From Podarcis filfolensis (Eukaryota): 64,000 nt of DNA. A program made the position numbers and the translations under genes. Shown here in pieces: positions 62,698 to 64,000 of the stretch. The notes under the pieces were generated by a model. That model made no database searches. It saw only the letters and a program-made list of their open reading frames with translations, and was not told the origin of the DNA. The stretch lies in the NCBI GenBank assembly GCA_964270895.1, contig OZ185440.1. One strand, given 5' to 3'. The stretch's first letter is position 1. Every line of letters starts with the position of its first letter.

Positions 62698-62940
62698 CAC
62701 TTTGTACCTCGGCTCCCGAACACCTTGGGAGTTGAACATTTCAGCTCCCAAACAATCGAAAACCAGAAGTGAGTGTTCCGGTTTTCAAACATTCTTTCAG
62801 AACCCGAACATCCGACGGAGCTTCCAATTGGTTGCAGGAGCTTCCTGCAGCCAATCAGAAGCTGCACTTTGGATGTCAAACGGTTCGGAAGTCGAGTGGA
62901 CTTCCAGAACGGATTCTATTCGACTTCCAAGGTATGACTG
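62698..62940. mobile_element. Tigger-like MITE, second copy of the 245-bp family, nested in a decayed CR1
   Basis: Ends CCAAGGTATGACTG+TA; shares GCAGGAGCTTCCTGCAGCCAATCAGAAGC with 29505-29749; left end degenerate. Confidence 0.7.
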
Positions 62941-64000
62941 TATAGACATGTTGGGATGGGTTCAGAGGAGGGCAACAGAAAACAGGTCCTGTGATAAAAG
63001 CTTGAAGGAACTGGGAAGAGAAGACTGGGGTGAGGGGGCCATGCCTGTTCTGATATGGAGCAGCTCTTCACAATCTTGGGCGCATAGGTATTTTAACTGG
63101 AGGGGCCAGGGATTGAACCTGGGACCTCCTACTCTGTGATACTGAGCTATAGCCCCTTGTTCAGGGTTTAAGTTGTGTTTAGAGCCCATCTTTTTATCTC
63201 CTCTCTTTCATTTCTTAGGTGGAATTCAGATTGAGAGTGAGTGACTTACTCAAGGCCATACCATTTTTTGTATCTTATTGCATTCAAATACCACCTTTTC
63301 CTCCAAGGAACCTTAAGGTGGTGTACATGATTCTCCCCTCCCCATGTTATCCTCATAACAACCCTGTGAGGTAGGTTATGCTGAGGAACAGTGGCTGGAT
63401 CAAGGTCAGCCACTGAGCTTTATGACTGAGTCCCAGAGACTCAGAAAGTAGGAAACTCCTCTTCTGTTAGAGACATTTAAGCAGTGACAGGAGGATGTCA
63501 CGAATGTTTGCAGCAGAGTCATTGTATTGGCAGGTAGTTTTAACTAGATGACTTTTACGGTCCCTTCCAACCTTCTGTTTCTGCGGCATGTGCCCAGGTG
63601 CCGCAGGTCCAGAAAACGGGCAAATTGGTATTGTATAATCTGACATGGAAGAAATGTGACATTTTCACCAGACAGATGGTCAGAACATCCATTTCTCTGT
63701 TCCTCACACAAAATCAAGGCTTGTTGAATCTATTCTTCATCCTTACCCCCTATAATGCTGAAATCCTTTGCAATCCTTGCCCCAGGACTCACCGCATGTC
63801 AGGGAAGGGGTTTGCCTCCTCTGACCATTTTGGAGCATGTCTTCCCTCTGTGTTACAGAACTTTGGTCTGCTAACCCAGGTTTTGCCACGAATGCAGTGT
63901 CTGTCACCTTTTAACATGCAAGGCAAGCTCCAGATCTGAAGCTAGAAGGATCATTCCAGACCCTGGCAGTTGCCTCCAAGCGTCCCCAACCAGGGAGAAG

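Noticed and set aside
52722-64000. DEF6 exon 2 or any further gene
   Set aside because: No VLSHNL-like exon or other spliceable coding segment was recognised; the region reads as TE-rich intron 1.

Overview
Vertebrate genomic DNA, most likely a lacertid lizard (Podarcis/Lacerta-like, inferred from Sauria-type SINEs and squamate MITE/CR1/L2 repeats). It carries three tandem + strand genes in the conserved amniote order SCUBE3 - ZNF76 - DEF6. (1) The last 16 coding exons of SCUBE3 (836-30047; EGF6-9, spacer, Cys-rich repeats, CUB), all with GT-AG boundaries and continuous phase, followed by a long 3' UTR. (2) The complete ZNF76 coding sequence (13 coding exons, 37663-50230, 1668 nt = 555 aa + stop; Staf/ZNF143 family, 7 C2H2 fingers) with an upstream CpG-island promoter. 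(3) The CpG-island promoter and first coding exon of DEF6 (52626-52721); exon 2 was not found in the window. The genes themselves are well known, and almost all listed six-frame ORFs are spurious. The more interesting signals are non-coding: a very young Penelope-like insertion in SCUBE3 intron 13, forming a perfect 77-bp-arm palindrome with a complete minimal hammerhead ribozyme motif on the pre-mRNA strand; hAT MITEs carrying paired ZNF143/ZNF76 (Staf)-type binding motifs, with copies upstream of and inside ZNF76; a 1,255-bp CpG-rich foldback Tc1/mariner (Tigger-like) element in a ZNF76 intron; an octamer cluster in DEF6 intron 1; and an extra cysteine in SCUBE3 EGF9. Coordinates were counted by hand. 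Repeat-family names come from recalled consensus features and need RepeatMasker/Dfam confirmation.
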